A stretch of 64,000 bases of DNA. It comes from an uncultured Gammaproteobacteria bacterium (GTDB taxonomy: Bacteria > Patescibacteriota > Microgenomatia > UBA8517). This document shows, piece after piece, positions 28,584 to 38,092 of the stretch; the first letter of the stretch is position 1, and each line of letters starts with the position of its first letter. The translations under genes were made by a program, and so were the position numbers. The stretch is taken from assembly GCA_964600575.1 (NCBI GenBank), contig CAZRJH010000002.1, positions 124,298-188,297 on the forward strand, in the 5' to 3' direction. Under the pieces are notes generated by a model. That model ran no database searches and was not told the DNA's origin. It was given only the letters and a program-made list of their open reading frames with translations.

Positions 28584-30344
28584 ATGGGAAGAGTAAGACT
28601 ACCTTTTCCAAAAAAAGAACATCTTAAAAGATTATCCGTTGTATTCTTTTTGGTTTTGTTGATGCTTATTGCCCTCTCGACATATTTTTTAAAATATAAA
28701 AATAAAGTTTTTCCAAACGTAAACATCAACTCGGTTAATATTGGAGGTTTAACTTTTAGCCAAGCAAAAGACCTGCTTTCGGATAAGTCGAAAATTCCCG
28801 AAAAGATAAAAATTATCGGGCCGAATCAAGCTTATACACTCAATACAAAAGATATAGAGGTGGATTACAACTTCGAGGAGAGCGTTCTTAGAGCTTACAA
28901 CATTGGAAGAAGCGGTAACATTTTTAACGATATAGAAACAAGGCTAAAACTTCTAAAGAATCCAAAAAGCCTAGGTTTAGCCTTAAAGTTAAACGAAGAA
29001 AAACTTGCCAAAACAGTGTCTATAATCGCCGGCCAAAATTCAATTGACCCGATTAGCCCTAGTGTTTCCTTAGTTAACGGCGTTGTTAAAGTACAAAAAG
29101 GTCTTCCGGGAAACGAGGTTGATCAAAATAAATTAAGAGCAATAATCGGGCGATCGATATCTTTCGGTCAAAGTGATGAAATATTAGTTCCAATCACTGT
29201 TGTTGACAAAAGCTTGACCGAAGACGAGGCTACAAAGTTACAAAAACGGGGAGAGGCTTTTGTTGGACGATCGATTGAGGCCAAACTTAGTGAAACTACA
29301 TACGAGATAAAAGATGGAGAGATAATTAAGACAATCGAACCAAAAGGAGGTTTTAATACAGACTCTCTAATCAGCATTTCCGAAAAAGTAGCAGCACAGA
29401 TAGAGAGACCTGCTCAAAACCCTAAGTTTAACTTTGAGAATGGGAAAGTGACCGAATTTTTGCCGGCACTTGAGGGGGTTAAATTAAGAAGAGAGGACTT
29501 TCTGGGGCTTTTAAACAAAACCCTTACTGCCCTAGAGGCAGCTACCGACAAAAAGGCTTTAATTGAAATACCTGTAGACAAAACCCAACCCGCAGTAACC
29601 ACAGACAAAGTCAACAACTTAGGGATTAAAGAGCTTTTGTCAAAAGCAACTACAACTTATTATCATTCGATACCGTCCCGGGTACACAATGTTGATTTGG
29701 CAGCATCTCGAATTAACGGAACATTGGTTGCACCGGGAGAAACCTTTTCTTTTAATAAAACTCTTGGGGATGTTTCTCAATTCACCGGCTATCAACAGGC
29801 ATATATTATTAGCGGCGGTAAAACAATTTTGGGTGACGGAGGTGGTGTTTGCCAAGTCTCAACTACTTTATTTAGAAGCTTACTTAATGCAGGCATGCCC
29901 ATTAACGAAAGGTCTCCACACGCTTACAGAGTTGGCTATTACGAACAAAACTCTCCTCCGGGTTTTGATGCTACTGTTTACGGCCCTGCGCCCGATTTAA
30001 AGTTTACCAACGATACCGGTAATCACATACTAATCAAGGCTGTTTCTGATCCAAAACATTACAGTCTCACCTTTGAGCTGTACGGCACCAAGGATCAAAG
30101 ACTTGTTGAAATAGGAAAACCCTTTATTTCCAATGTCTCTCCTGCACCCGAAGATAGATATCAAGACGACCCAACTTTACCGGCAGGAACAATTAAACAA
30201 ATAGATTTTAAAGCACCTGGAGCTAAAGTGTCCTTTGCTTATTCTGTTAAAAAGGATGGGGTAGAAATATTTAATAAAACTTTTGTCTCAAATTACCGAC
30301 CTTGGCAAGCCGTATATCTTCGAGGGACGGGCCCGGCACGCTAA
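28584..30344 (+). CDS. VanW-family protein
   Basis: The C-terminal VanW core is present (YIISGGKTILGDGGGVCQVSTTLFRSLLNAGMPINERSPHAY...). An N-terminal TM is present. Confidence 0.75.
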   Translation: MGRVRLPFPKKEHLKRLSVVFFLVLLMLIALSTYFLKYKNKVFPNVNINSVNIGGLTFSQAKDLLSDKSKIPEKIKIIGPNQAYTLNTKDIEVDYNFEESVLRAYNIGRSGNIFNDIETRLKLLKNPKSLGLALKLNEEKLAKTVSIIAGQNSIDPISPSVSLVNGVVKVQKGLPGNEVDQNKLRAIIGRSISFGQSDEILVPITVVDKSLTEDEATKLQKRGEAFVGRSIEAKLSETTYEIKDGEIIKTIEPKGGFNTDSLISISEKVAAQIERPAQNPKFNFENGKVTEFLPALEGVKLRREDFLGLLNKTLTALEAATDKKALIEIPVDKTQPAVTTDKVNNLGIKELLSKATTTYYHSIPSRVHNVDLAASRINGTLVAPGETFSFNKTLGDVSQFTGYQQAYIISGGKTILGDGGGVCQVSTTLFRSLLNAGMPINERSPHAYRVGYYEQNSPPGFDATVYGPAPDLKFTNDTGNHILIKAVSDPKHYSLTFELYGTKDQRLVEIGKPFISNVSPAPEDRYQDDPTLPAGTIKQIDFKAPGAKVSFAYSVKKDGVEIFNKTFVSNYRPWQAVYLRGTGPAR

Positions 30345-30371
30345 TTTCAAGCAATGTTGTAAAATAGGCCT

Positions 30372-31427
30372 ATGATAAGGCTAAACATCGACGAAAATCC
30401 CACACAGACTGCCATACAGACTTTAGAAAAAGGCGGAACTGTAATATTCCCGTGCGAAACCGTATATGGAATAGCAGTTGATAGTCTAAATTCAAAAGCT
30501 GTAGAAAAGTTAAACAAATATAAAAGAAGACCTATGGGAAAACCCTACGCGATAATGTGTTCGAGCCGGAAAATGGCGGAGGGGTATGTTCAATTGAACC
30601 TTACTGCCAAAAATTTGTACAAAAAATTTTTACCAGGGCCAATTACGGTTGTCTCCAAAGGCAAAGGCAAAGTTGCCGCCGGCATAGAGTCTGAGCTTGG
30701 AACTTTAGGTGTGAGAATACCCGACTACAAATTTATGTTAGATTTGATATCTAAATTTGGAAGACCTGTTGTTGCAACAAGCGCCAACGCCTCTTATCAA
30801 AAAAGGCCATACAAAATAGCGGACATCTTAGAAAACATCTCCGACAAGCAAAGTGGGTTGATCGATTTAATAATCGACGCAGGAGACCTTCCACAAAACG
30901 AACCATCTACCGTTATTGATACAACAATGGACGATGTTGTGGTTTTAAGGCAGGGAGAAATCAAACTTTCCGAAAAAAATGAGGTTTTAACAAGAAACGA
31001 GGAAGGCACGCAAAATGTAGGCAAGGAGATTTGGCAAAAATATCAGAGCTACTTAGGTAAAAGAGCTTTAGTTTTTGCATTGCAAGGAGAGATGGGGGCA
31101 GGTAAGACTCAATTTACAAAAGGTTTAGCACTTGCCATGGGAATAGACGAACTCGTTACTTCGCCCACCTACGCCATCGAAAATGAGTATAAAACAGGAA
31201 AAAGTGAACTTTTTCACTTTGACGCTTGGCGCTTGGAAAATTCGGATCAACTAGGAGATCTGGGTTTCTCTGAGTTGATAAAAAACAAATCCGTTATATC
31301 AATTGAGTGGGCGGAAAAGGTTAAAGAAGAGATAGAAAAGATTGACGAAGACGCTTTGGTTGTGTGGATACGAATCAATGTCGGCAAGAAAGATGATGAA
31401 CGACTTATCAGTTGGGGAATTTTATGA
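30372..31427 (+). CDS. Fusion of L-threonylcarbamoyladenylate synthase (TsaC/YrdC domain) and P-loop TsaE
   Basis: The N-terminus has the YrdC fold (IFPCETVYGIAVD...TSAN). The C-terminus has Walker A (GEMGAGKTQFTKGLA) typical of TsaE/YjeE. Confidence 0.7.
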   Translation: MIRLNIDENPTQTAIQTLEKGGTVIFPCETVYGIAVDSLNSKAVEKLNKYKRRPMGKPYAIMCSSRKMAEGYVQLNLTAKNLYKKFLPGPITVVSKGKGKVAAGIESELGTLGVRIPDYKFMLDLISKFGRPVVATSANASYQKRPYKIADILENISDKQSGLIDLIIDAGDLPQNEPSTVIDTTMDDVVVLRQGEIKLSEKNEVLTRNEEGTQNVGKEIWQKYQSYLGKRALVFALQGEMGAGKTQFTKGLALAMGIDELVTSPTYAIENEYKTGKSELFHFDAWRLENSDQLGDLGFSELIKNKSVISIEWAEKVKEEIEKIDEDALVVWIRINVGKKDDERLISWGIL

Positions 31428-31472
31428 TATCCTCGCCTTTGAATGGCCCAGAAGGCTTAATACTGATACAGA

Positions 31473-31973
31473 ATGAAAGAAACTTTTAGAGATTCCTTTA
31501 TTGCAGTTCCGATTACGGAAAGCCCGCTTCTAAATTGGCTTAAATCCATAAACAAACATCGAAAGTTTTATCATATGACAATTTATTTTTTGGGGGAAAT
31601 TGATGAAGCCGATCTCGAAAATGTTAAGGCTGTTATGAAAAAGGAACCGCAAATACTTGCAGGTACAGTTCTCAAGCCCACAAAGCTAGATTTTATCGGA
31701 CCCGACGGTAATACTTTTGTTGCAAGAATTGCACCAACCGAGGGACTAAACCGCCTTAGATCCAATTCAGAAAACGATCTTTATAAATTTAACAATATAA
31801 ACCTTCCTTTTGTTCCACACATTACAATCAGAAGATCTAAAGATGCAAAACCCAACTACGATATGCGTGGGGACATAAATCAGGAGATTTTAAACTATAT
31901 GGCAAAAAGTGTGGGTATCTATTACAAAACCGAAGAAGGAGCGACCGCTCTCCTTTATACTCAAAAAGTATAG
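31473..31973 (+). CDS. 2H phosphoesterase (LigT/ThpR-like)
   Basis: Two H-x-T/S-x motifs are present (HMTIYF and HITIRR) at the spacing typical of the 2H family. Confidence 0.65.
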   Translation: MKETFRDSFIAVPITESPLLNWLKSINKHRKFYHMTIYFLGEIDEADLENVKAVMKKEPQILAGTVLKPTKLDFIGPDGNTFVARIAPTEGLNRLRSNSENDLYKFNNINLPFVPHITIRRSKDAKPNYDMRGDINQEILNYMAKSVGIYYKTEEGATALLYTQKV

Positions 31974-32218
31974 TTAATAGGTGTAGGCAGCGTAGACTTT
32001 CTGGCTGATTTTAGAATTTGCACCGCTTTTGCAACAGCAGAGCTCTGATCAAACATACCAAGTTCCTCCATTAAAGCCTGATGTCCGTCAAGTTCGGCAT
32101 CTGTTATGGAATTATCCTTAACTTGTAGCCAAAATGGATCATCAGAATCTAAAAACTCTAAAAGATCTGGGGCGGTTGCTATAAACAGATCAGACACCGA
32201 ACGATACATCCTTTCCAT
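31961..32218 (-). CDS. Hypothetical small acidic protein
   Basis: 85-aa ORF with no recognisable motif. Confidence 0.35.
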   Translation of the reverse strand: MERMYRSVSDLFIATAPDLLEFLDSDDPFWLQVKDNSITDAELDGHQALMEELGMFDQSSAVAKAVQILKSARKSTLPTPINYTF

Positions 32219-32332
32219 TACTCTCCGAGAATATCACAAATTCCCCCAAAAAGAGTGTTTGAGCCTAATATTGTGTTAAAATTGTCTTATTGGAGAAGAA
32301 AATATAGTTTTTGATCTTTCTTCTAAACTTTA

Positions 32333-33391
32333 ATGAAAATACTAGCAATAGATACTTCCTGTGACGAAACTGCAGCTGCCGTCACTGAAAACGACCAGAT
32401 AATAAGTAACATCATTTGGTCTCAAGCCAGCTCTCATGCAAATTTCGGGGGTGTTATGCCTAGTTTAGCCCAAAGAATGCACCAAGAAAGGATAGACTTT
32501 GTAATTGAAAAGGCTCTTAAAACAGCAAAAGTAAAATACAAAGACCTCGACGCTGTTGCTGTAACGTTTGGACCCGGTCTTTCTATTGCTCTTGGAGTAG
32601 GTGTTGCAAAAGCAAAAGAAATTGCAGAAAAAAATAATCTGCCTTTGATCCCAATAAATCATATCGAGGCGCACCTCCTTAGTTCGATGGCAAAACCTTC
32701 TTCGAATAAACCGATTCATAATTCGATAAACTTTCCTGCTTATGGTCTTGTTGTTTCCGGGGGAAATACAATATTTTTTTTAATAAATAAAATAGGTAGC
32801 TATGAAATTCTAGCCGAAACCCAAGACGATGCTTTGGGCGAGGCTTTAGACAAAGCGGCAAGAATGGTGGGATTTGGCTACCCGGGAGGGTCGATACTAG
32901 AAAAAATGGCTAAACTTAATGAACATTCTGAATTTTCTCTCCCCATTCCCCTGGTCGGCCAGGAAAAAAGACGTTTTTTTAGCTACTCCGGCCTAAAAAC
33001 TTCTTTGTCCCGCTACATTGACTCCCAAAAAAAACTTAACCCTAACTACCCGTCAAAAAAAGATACATATGCACTTTGTGCCGAATTTCAAAAATCCGCA
33101 TTCAAACATCTGGAACGAACTATTAGTTTTATAATTAAAGAGGATGGATTAAAAAGTAATCAGCTTCTACTAGGAGGTGGGGTCGGAAACAATTTGCAAT
33201 TAAGAAAAGAGCTTAGAAAACTCGGTAACAGTCTTGGATTTAAACTTCTTGTCCCTTACTCAAAAAAACTTTATGGTGACAATGCCGGCATGATTGGCGT
33301 TTGTGCATATACTAAATACGGAAAATCTGATCTTAAAACTTTTTTTGATTTATCGAAAGTAGACAGAAATCCTAGAGCCAGAATAGTTTAA
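32333..33391 (+). CDS. tsaD: tRNA N6-threonylcarbamoyladenosine synthase TsaD (Kae1/YgjD)
   Basis: MKILAIDTSCDETAAAV is typical of ASKHA-fold TsaD, and the metal-binding HxEAH motif is present as NHIEAH. Confidence 0.9.
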   Translation: MKILAIDTSCDETAAAVTENDQIISNIIWSQASSHANFGGVMPSLAQRMHQERIDFVIEKALKTAKVKYKDLDAVAVTFGPGLSIALGVGVAKAKEIAEKNNLPLIPINHIEAHLLSSMAKPSSNKPIHNSINFPAYGLVVSGGNTIFFLINKIGSYEILAETQDDALGEALDKAARMVGFGYPGGSILEKMAKLNEHSEFSLPIPLVGQEKRRFFSYSGLKTSLSRYIDSQKKLNPNYPSKKDTYALCAEFQKSAFKHLERTISFIIKEDGLKSNQLLLGGGVGNNLQLRKELRKLGNSLGFKLLVPYSKKLYGDNAGMIGVCAYTKYGKSDLKTFFDLSKVDRNPRARIV

Positions 33392-33401
33392 TTGCCAAAC
33401 T

Positions 33402-34010
33402 TCACGGAGTAAATTTTTCTCCCGGATGACTATGCTCCCAACTTCCCGCTAAGGCTGCTAATTGAATTTTAAAGGTCTCAGAAGTTATTTCTTTTTTAGC
33501 ATCGCTAAAGAGTTTATTAAAGGCAGAACTTCCAGTCTCGTGTCCTCCTAGTATAAATTTTCTAACATAACTTGCGTGTTTATCAAACTGCGAGTCGGGA
33601 AGTGTCGCAGAGTTTCTGTTTGGCCTTTCTGTTGTTTGATACAAAAGGTCTCTCCCAATCATCTTCTGAACAACTGACTTAACATAATTAATCGGAGTTA
33701 AGGTTTTTTCCGAAAATATTTTTTGCATATTTTTCCACTGATCCTCAAATTCTGACAAAGCACGCTCTCTACCCACATAAGTGTGCAGCTTGGGTAGTCT
33801 AAAGCCTTTAAGTTGGTTGCTTGCAAACTGCGGCTCAAAAATGTCTACCGATCTGGCCCAACTAAAAAAATCCCTTTGCAACGAGACATCGTTTTGAGAA
33901 AATCGAAAAGTTAAGTAAAAAAAGCTTTCAAGGTCTGTAAGTTCAGTCAAAATTTCCTGAGTTTCTGGGTTTCTCTTGTCCATAAGCTTAAACTTGTCCA
34001 AGTTTAACAA
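33402..34010 (-). CDS. Hypothetical protein
   Basis: 202-aa ORF with no recognisable motif. Confidence 0.5.
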   Translation of the reverse strand: MLNLDKFKLMDKRNPETQEILTELTDLESFFYLTFRFSQNDVSLQRDFFSWARSVDIFEPQFASNQLKGFRLPKLHTYVGRERALSEFEDQWKNMQKIFSEKTLTPINYVKSVVQKMIGRDLLYQTTERPNRNSATLPDSQFDKHASYVRKFILGGHETGSSAFNKLFSDAKKEITSETFKIQLAALAGSWEHSHPGEKFTP

Positions 34011-34039
34011 AAGTCATATAATATGCCTAGTTAGCGTTT

Positions 34040-34168
34040 GACTTTGGCCAGTCCCCAAAGGAGCTATCCGCCAAAACGAAACTTAAGCGGAATCAAAAAA
34101 GTAACTGCAAGGTGGTACCGTGAGCCTCAGACTCACCCTTCAAGCTTCTGAAGGTTATTGTTTTCTAA
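34040..34168 (+). promoter_or_regulatory. Putative T-box leader with terminator hairpin upstream of valS
   Basis: AAGGTGGTACCGTG matches the T-box core AGGGTGGNACCGCG at 12/14 positions. It is followed by the hairpin CCTTCA-AGCTTC-TGAAGG and TTATTGTTTT, which overlaps the valS start. Confidence 0.4.
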
Positions 34169-34169
34169 A

Positions 34170-36236
34170 ATGGATCCGCAATACGATCACAACAAATACG
34201 AATCAGATATTTACAATCTTTGGGAAGATTCAGGTTCTTTTGTGCCTGGAAACGGAAAAAAGGCTTTTACAATTATAATGCCTCCTCCCAACGCCAACGA
34301 CCCTTTACACATAGGGCACGCCAGATTTGTGGCAATAGAAGACGCTTTGGTCAGATATCATAGAATGAGAGGCGAATCTACTCTTTGGCTTCCCGGCTCC
34401 GATCACGCAGGAATCGAAACTCAGTATGTTTTTGAAAAAAAACTTTCGAAAGAAGGTAAAAGCAGATTCGATTTTGATAGAGACACCTTGTACCAGAAAA
34501 TATGGGATTATGTTAAAGACAATACCGGGGTTATGGAACACCAACTTAAAAGACTTGGTGCTTCCTGCGATTGGAGTAGATTTAAATTTACGCTTGACCC
34601 GGAAATAGTCAAGATTGTTTATTCTACATTTAAAAAGCTTTCCGAAGACAATCTTTTATATAGAGGCGAGCGCATTGTTAACTACTGCTCACGCTGCGGA
34701 ACCGCATATTCTCAACTCGAGGTAGATTATATTGAACGCGAAGACGGTATATATTATCTGGACTACGGGAGCATAACCATTGCAACCACAAGGCCTGAAA
34801 CGATATTTGCGGATGCAGCCATAGCTGTAAACCCTAAAGACAAAAGGTACAAAAACCTAATAGGATTAACCGCAAAAATTCCGCTAATTAACCGTGAGAT
34901 TCCAATAATTGCAGATAATGCCGTGGATATAACTTTTGGGACAGGTGGATTAAAAGTCACACCAGCCCATGACTCGACCGATTTTGAAATTGGTGAAAAA
35001 CACAAATTACCGCGCATTTCGGTGATCGACGAAAAGGGCAGGATGACAGGCACGCCCGAGAAATACATAGGCATGAAGGTTGAAGCTGCAAGAGAAGCGG
35101 TAATAATGGATTTAAACGCAGAAGGAAAAATAGTGAAAACAGAAAAAACTACACACACAGTAGGAACGTGCTACCGCGACAAAAGTACATTAGAACCCCG
35201 AATCTCTACGCAGTGGTTTGTGAAAGTTGAGCCTTTGGCAAAAGCCGCTTTAGAAAGTATAAAAACCAAAAAAACAAAATTCGCCGCCAAAAAGTATGAG
35301 AAAATTGCCAACCACTGGCTTAAAAACTTAAGAGACTGGAATATAAGCAGACAAATTGTTTGGGGAATAAGAATACCGGCTTACAGATGTCAGAGATGTT
35401 TAGAGTGGACAATAACCGATGGAGTGGTACCCAATGAATGTTCGCTTTGCAAAAACTCGGAGCTTGTTCAGGATGCCGATACTTTTGATACTTGGTTTTC
35501 TTCGGGGCAATGGCCGTTTGCAACGCTTAAAAACACTCAAGTGGGAGATTTTGAAAAATTCTACCCCACAACAGTTATGGAAACGGGGTATGACATTCTT
35601 CCGTTTTGGGTTATAAGAATGATGATGCTCGGGATATACGCAACAGGCAAAGTGCCTTTTGAAAATGTTCTTTTGCATGGGTTGGTTAGAGACAAAGATG
35701 GCCAAAAAATAAGTAAGTCTAAAGGTAACGTTATAAATCCCATCGAAATGGCCGACAAATACGGTGCAGATGCTCTTAGGATGGGTTTAATCTGGGGAGG
35801 TCTAGTAGAAAACGATATCTCACTTTCAGAGGAAAAAATAAACGGTCAAAGGAAATTTGCCAATAAAATTTGGAATATTGCCAGATTTATAAAAATGAAC
35901 CAAGCTAAAAATAGACTCATCGAATCTAAAAGCGACTGGATTGAAGAAAAGCTGAATAGGCTTGCGAAAGAGATCACTAACGACTTCGAAAGTTATAGAT
36001 TAAACGAAGCTGCCGAAAAAGTTTATTCTTTTGTGTGGAACGATCTTGCAAATAAATATATCGAAGAAAATAAAGAAAAATATAAAACAGGCGATTCCGA
36101 CGCCATTTCTAAACTTTTTGTTACGTTTGAGAAATCTCTCAAGCTTCTCCATCCATTTATGCCTTTTGTAACAGAAGCTATCTGGAAAGAAATGGGGAAT
36201 AAAGAACTTCTAATTACATCCGAGTGGCCTAGTTAA
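34170..36236 (+). CDS. valS: Valyl-tRNA synthetase (compact form lacking the C-terminal coiled coil)
   Basis: The HIGH region is PPNANDPLHIGHA and KMSKS is present as KISKSKGN. WLPGSDHAGIETQ is ValRS-like. ATG 34170 is preferred over TTG 34158. Confidence 0.85.
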   Translation: MDPQYDHNKYESDIYNLWEDSGSFVPGNGKKAFTIIMPPPNANDPLHIGHARFVAIEDALVRYHRMRGESTLWLPGSDHAGIETQYVFEKKLSKEGKSRFDFDRDTLYQKIWDYVKDNTGVMEHQLKRLGASCDWSRFKFTLDPEIVKIVYSTFKKLSEDNLLYRGERIVNYCSRCGTAYSQLEVDYIEREDGIYYLDYGSITIATTRPETIFADAAIAVNPKDKRYKNLIGLTAKIPLINREIPIIADNAVDITFGTGGLKVTPAHDSTDFEIGEKHKLPRISVIDEKGRMTGTPEKYIGMKVEAAREAVIMDLNAEGKIVKTEKTTHTVGTCYRDKSTLEPRISTQWFVKVEPLAKAALESIKTKKTKFAAKKYEKIANHWLKNLRDWNISRQIVWGIRIPAYRCQRCLEWTITDGVVPNECSLCKNSELVQDADTFDTWFSSGQWPFATLKNTQVGDFEKFYPTTVMETGYDILPFWVIRMMMLGIYATGKVPFENVLLHGLVRDKDGQKISKSKGNVINPIEMADKYGADALRMGLIWGGLVENDISLSEEKINGQRKFANKIWNIARFIKMNQAKNRLIESKSDWIEEKLNRLAKEITNDFESYRLNEAAEKVYSFVWNDLANKYIEENKEKYKTGDSDAISKLFVTFEKSLKLLHPFMPFVTEAIWKEMGNKELLITSEWPS

Positions 36237-37162
36237 CTACCCAAAACTGCCTCTACAACCAAGGTTCCAGTAAGAGTGGGATGAGGACTACAATGAAATT
36301 TATATGAACCTGCTTTAGCAGGGGCAGTAAAAGTTATTTTTTGACCTGGAGCAATTACTTCCGTTCCAAAACTTCCGTCGTCAGCAGTAACACTATGACT
36401 GACAGTGTCGTTATTTACAAAGGTAACCGTGGCACCGGCTTTAACTTTAACCCCTTCGTTAAATTTAAAGTCTTTTATCTCTATTTGAGCAGCAGTTTCT
36501 GTGGTTGCCGAGGGGCTAGAGTCAGGAGCAACAGTTTGTAATGCGCTTGCTGAAGGGCTTGCGCTTTGCTGATTATTATCGGGGGTGGCAACGGGTGCAT
36601 TTTCGGCCGATTTGTCTTGAGATTTTTTACTTGTAAAGCTATTACCCACAACATAGGCCACCGCAGCCAAAACAGCAACTGCCATAAGTACAAAGGCAAT
36701 TGTGAGAACTAAATTACTTTTCTTGGTCTCGTGAGGCAACGGTGGTGTGGTAGCACCCGCTCCCCCTGCGGCAAAGGCGGGGTTTGGCTCACTTGTGTTG
36801 TTTGATTCAGGTTTTTGCTCCAACGGCTGCGGAGGTATTTCTTGTGGACCTAAAGCAGGGGTGGTATGAACTGCTGTAGGGAAACCGTGGGGAATATTTT
36901 GTGATCGAACTTCTTGTGACACGGTGTTATTTGTAATGTTTGCAGCAGATGCCTGAACCGGTTGAACGGGTGATGCTGGCATAGCAGGACTATTATTAAC
37001 AACGACTGGTTGTTGAGGTTGCTGAGCGGTTTGGTCAACCTGATTGTTTAAAGTTTTTAAATCTTGTTCCAGCTTAGCAAGGCCTGGGTCTCCTACTTGC
37101 GGATTTTGATTGTTTGGATCCATAATCCATATTAACACTCTTTTAAAAGATGTTGCAAACAT
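36233..37162 (-). CDS. Membrane-anchored cupredoxin-domain protein with a long Pro/Gln/Ala-rich linker
   Basis: The C-terminal domain is KDFKFNEGVKVKAGATVTFVNNDTVSHSV...GSYKFHCSPHPTLTGTLVVE. It is a paralog of the protein at 3630-3992, with Leu at the axial position. Confidence 0.65.
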   Translation of the reverse strand: MFATSFKRVLIWIMDPNNQNPQVGDPGLAKLEQDLKTLNNQVDQTAQQPQQPVVVNNSPAMPASPVQPVQASAANITNNTVSQEVRSQNIPHGFPTAVHTTPALGPQEIPPQPLEQKPESNNTSEPNPAFAAGGAGATTPPLPHETKKSNLVLTIAFVLMAVAVLAAVAYVVGNSFTSKKSQDKSAENAPVATPDNNQQSASPSASALQTVAPDSSPSATTETAAQIEIKDFKFNEGVKVKAGATVTFVNNDTVSHSVTADDGSFGTEVIAPGQKITFTAPAKAGSYKFHCSPHPTLTGTLVVEAVLGS

Positions 37163-37431
37163 TGAATTTTAAATTAACAAAACCACAGAGATCTTTCTTA
37201 AAACTAAGCTTTGTAGCACTAGTAGTTTTACTCTCGATTATCAATATTTCTATATACAGGTCCGGGTCTCAGGTTTTAGGTGTGTCAACTTCAAAGAAAG
37301 TGAACCAAGGCAGTGAAACTGAATTTTGGGATAAATTTTTATTGGAGCACCCAAGTTACATACCCGGATATTTGGAAACTAATCAGATCGAAAAAGCAAT
37401 GGAGATTGATCCAAACTACGTTATTCCTTAG
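37150..37431 (+). CDS. Possible small signal-anchored protein in the cupredoxin-rplY spacer
   Basis: 93-aa ORF with an N-terminal TM (LSFVALVVLLSIINISIY) that fills a 258-nt gap. It overlaps the divergent gene's 5' end by 13 nt, so it is uncertain. Confidence 0.25.
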   Translation: MLQTLNFKLTKPQRSFLKLSFVALVVLLSIINISIYRSGSQVLGVSTSKKVNQGSETEFWDKFLLEHPSYIPGYLETNQIEKAMEIDPNYVIP

Positions 37432-38092
37432 GAGATTCTGTTGCTTCCTGAGCTACTTCTCCACCCACTTGCCCGCCCTCTGCCGATGCATCTGCTTCTG
37501 CATCCTCTGTAGCTGCTACGGGTTCTTCCACTATCTTTTGAGGAGGTTCAACTTTAACAACAATGGCTTCTCCGTCGGTTACTATGGTTACTTTAGAGCT
37601 ATCAATTTTAAGGTCTTTTACATATATTAACTGATCTACGGTTTCTAAAGTGGCCTTGTCGATTTCAAACTTCTCCGGAAGATCGGCAGGAAGTGCTTCT
37701 ACTGTTATTTCGTTTATATGCTGAACTACCGTACCCAACGACTGTTTCTCGGCCGGAGACTCCCCAGTCAGCTCAACCGGAACCTGGGCTTCAACCTTTT
37801 CTTTAAGGTCTACCTGAAGAAAATCGATATGGACCACCTCGTCTGATTTTGGGTTTAATTGTAAACCGTGCACTAAAACTGGTCTTTTTTCACTACCTAT
37901 ACTCAATTCAACAAGACCGGTTTCCCCAACTTCTTTGTAAATTTCCTCAAAAGCTTTGGACTCAACTTGGATAGACAAAGAGTCTACCTTTTTGCCAAAA
38001 ACGTTTGCGGGTATTAAACCCTGTTTTCGTAGGTTTTTAACTTTTCTTCCCGTAATTTCTCTTTTTTCGGCTTTAAGCGATTGTTTACTCAT
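37421..38092 (-). CDS. rplY: 50S ribosomal protein L25 (general stress protein Ctc form)
   Basis: The N-terminus is MSKQSLKAEKREITGRKVKNLRKQGLIPANVFG. The C-terminal extension is acidic. Confidence 0.9.
   Translation of the reverse strand: MSKQSLKAEKREITGRKVKNLRKQGLIPANVFGKKVDSLSIQVESKAFEEIYKEVGETGLVELSIGSEKRPVLVHGLQLNPKSDEVVHIDFLQVDLKEKVEAQVPVELTGESPAEKQSLGTVVQHINEITVEALPADLPEKFEIDKATLETVDQLIYVKDLKIDSSKVTIVTDGEAIVVKVEPPQKIVEEPVAATEDAEADASAEGGQVGGEVAQEATESPKE

Noticed and set aside
34158-34169. TTG start for valS
   Set aside because: ATG at 34170 (MDPQYDH...) is more plausible, and it places the putative terminator U-tract outside the coding region.
37313-37630. 105-aa plus-strand ORF
   Set aside because: It overlaps the rplY 3' region antisense, and its Cys/Phe-rich translation is not protein-like.
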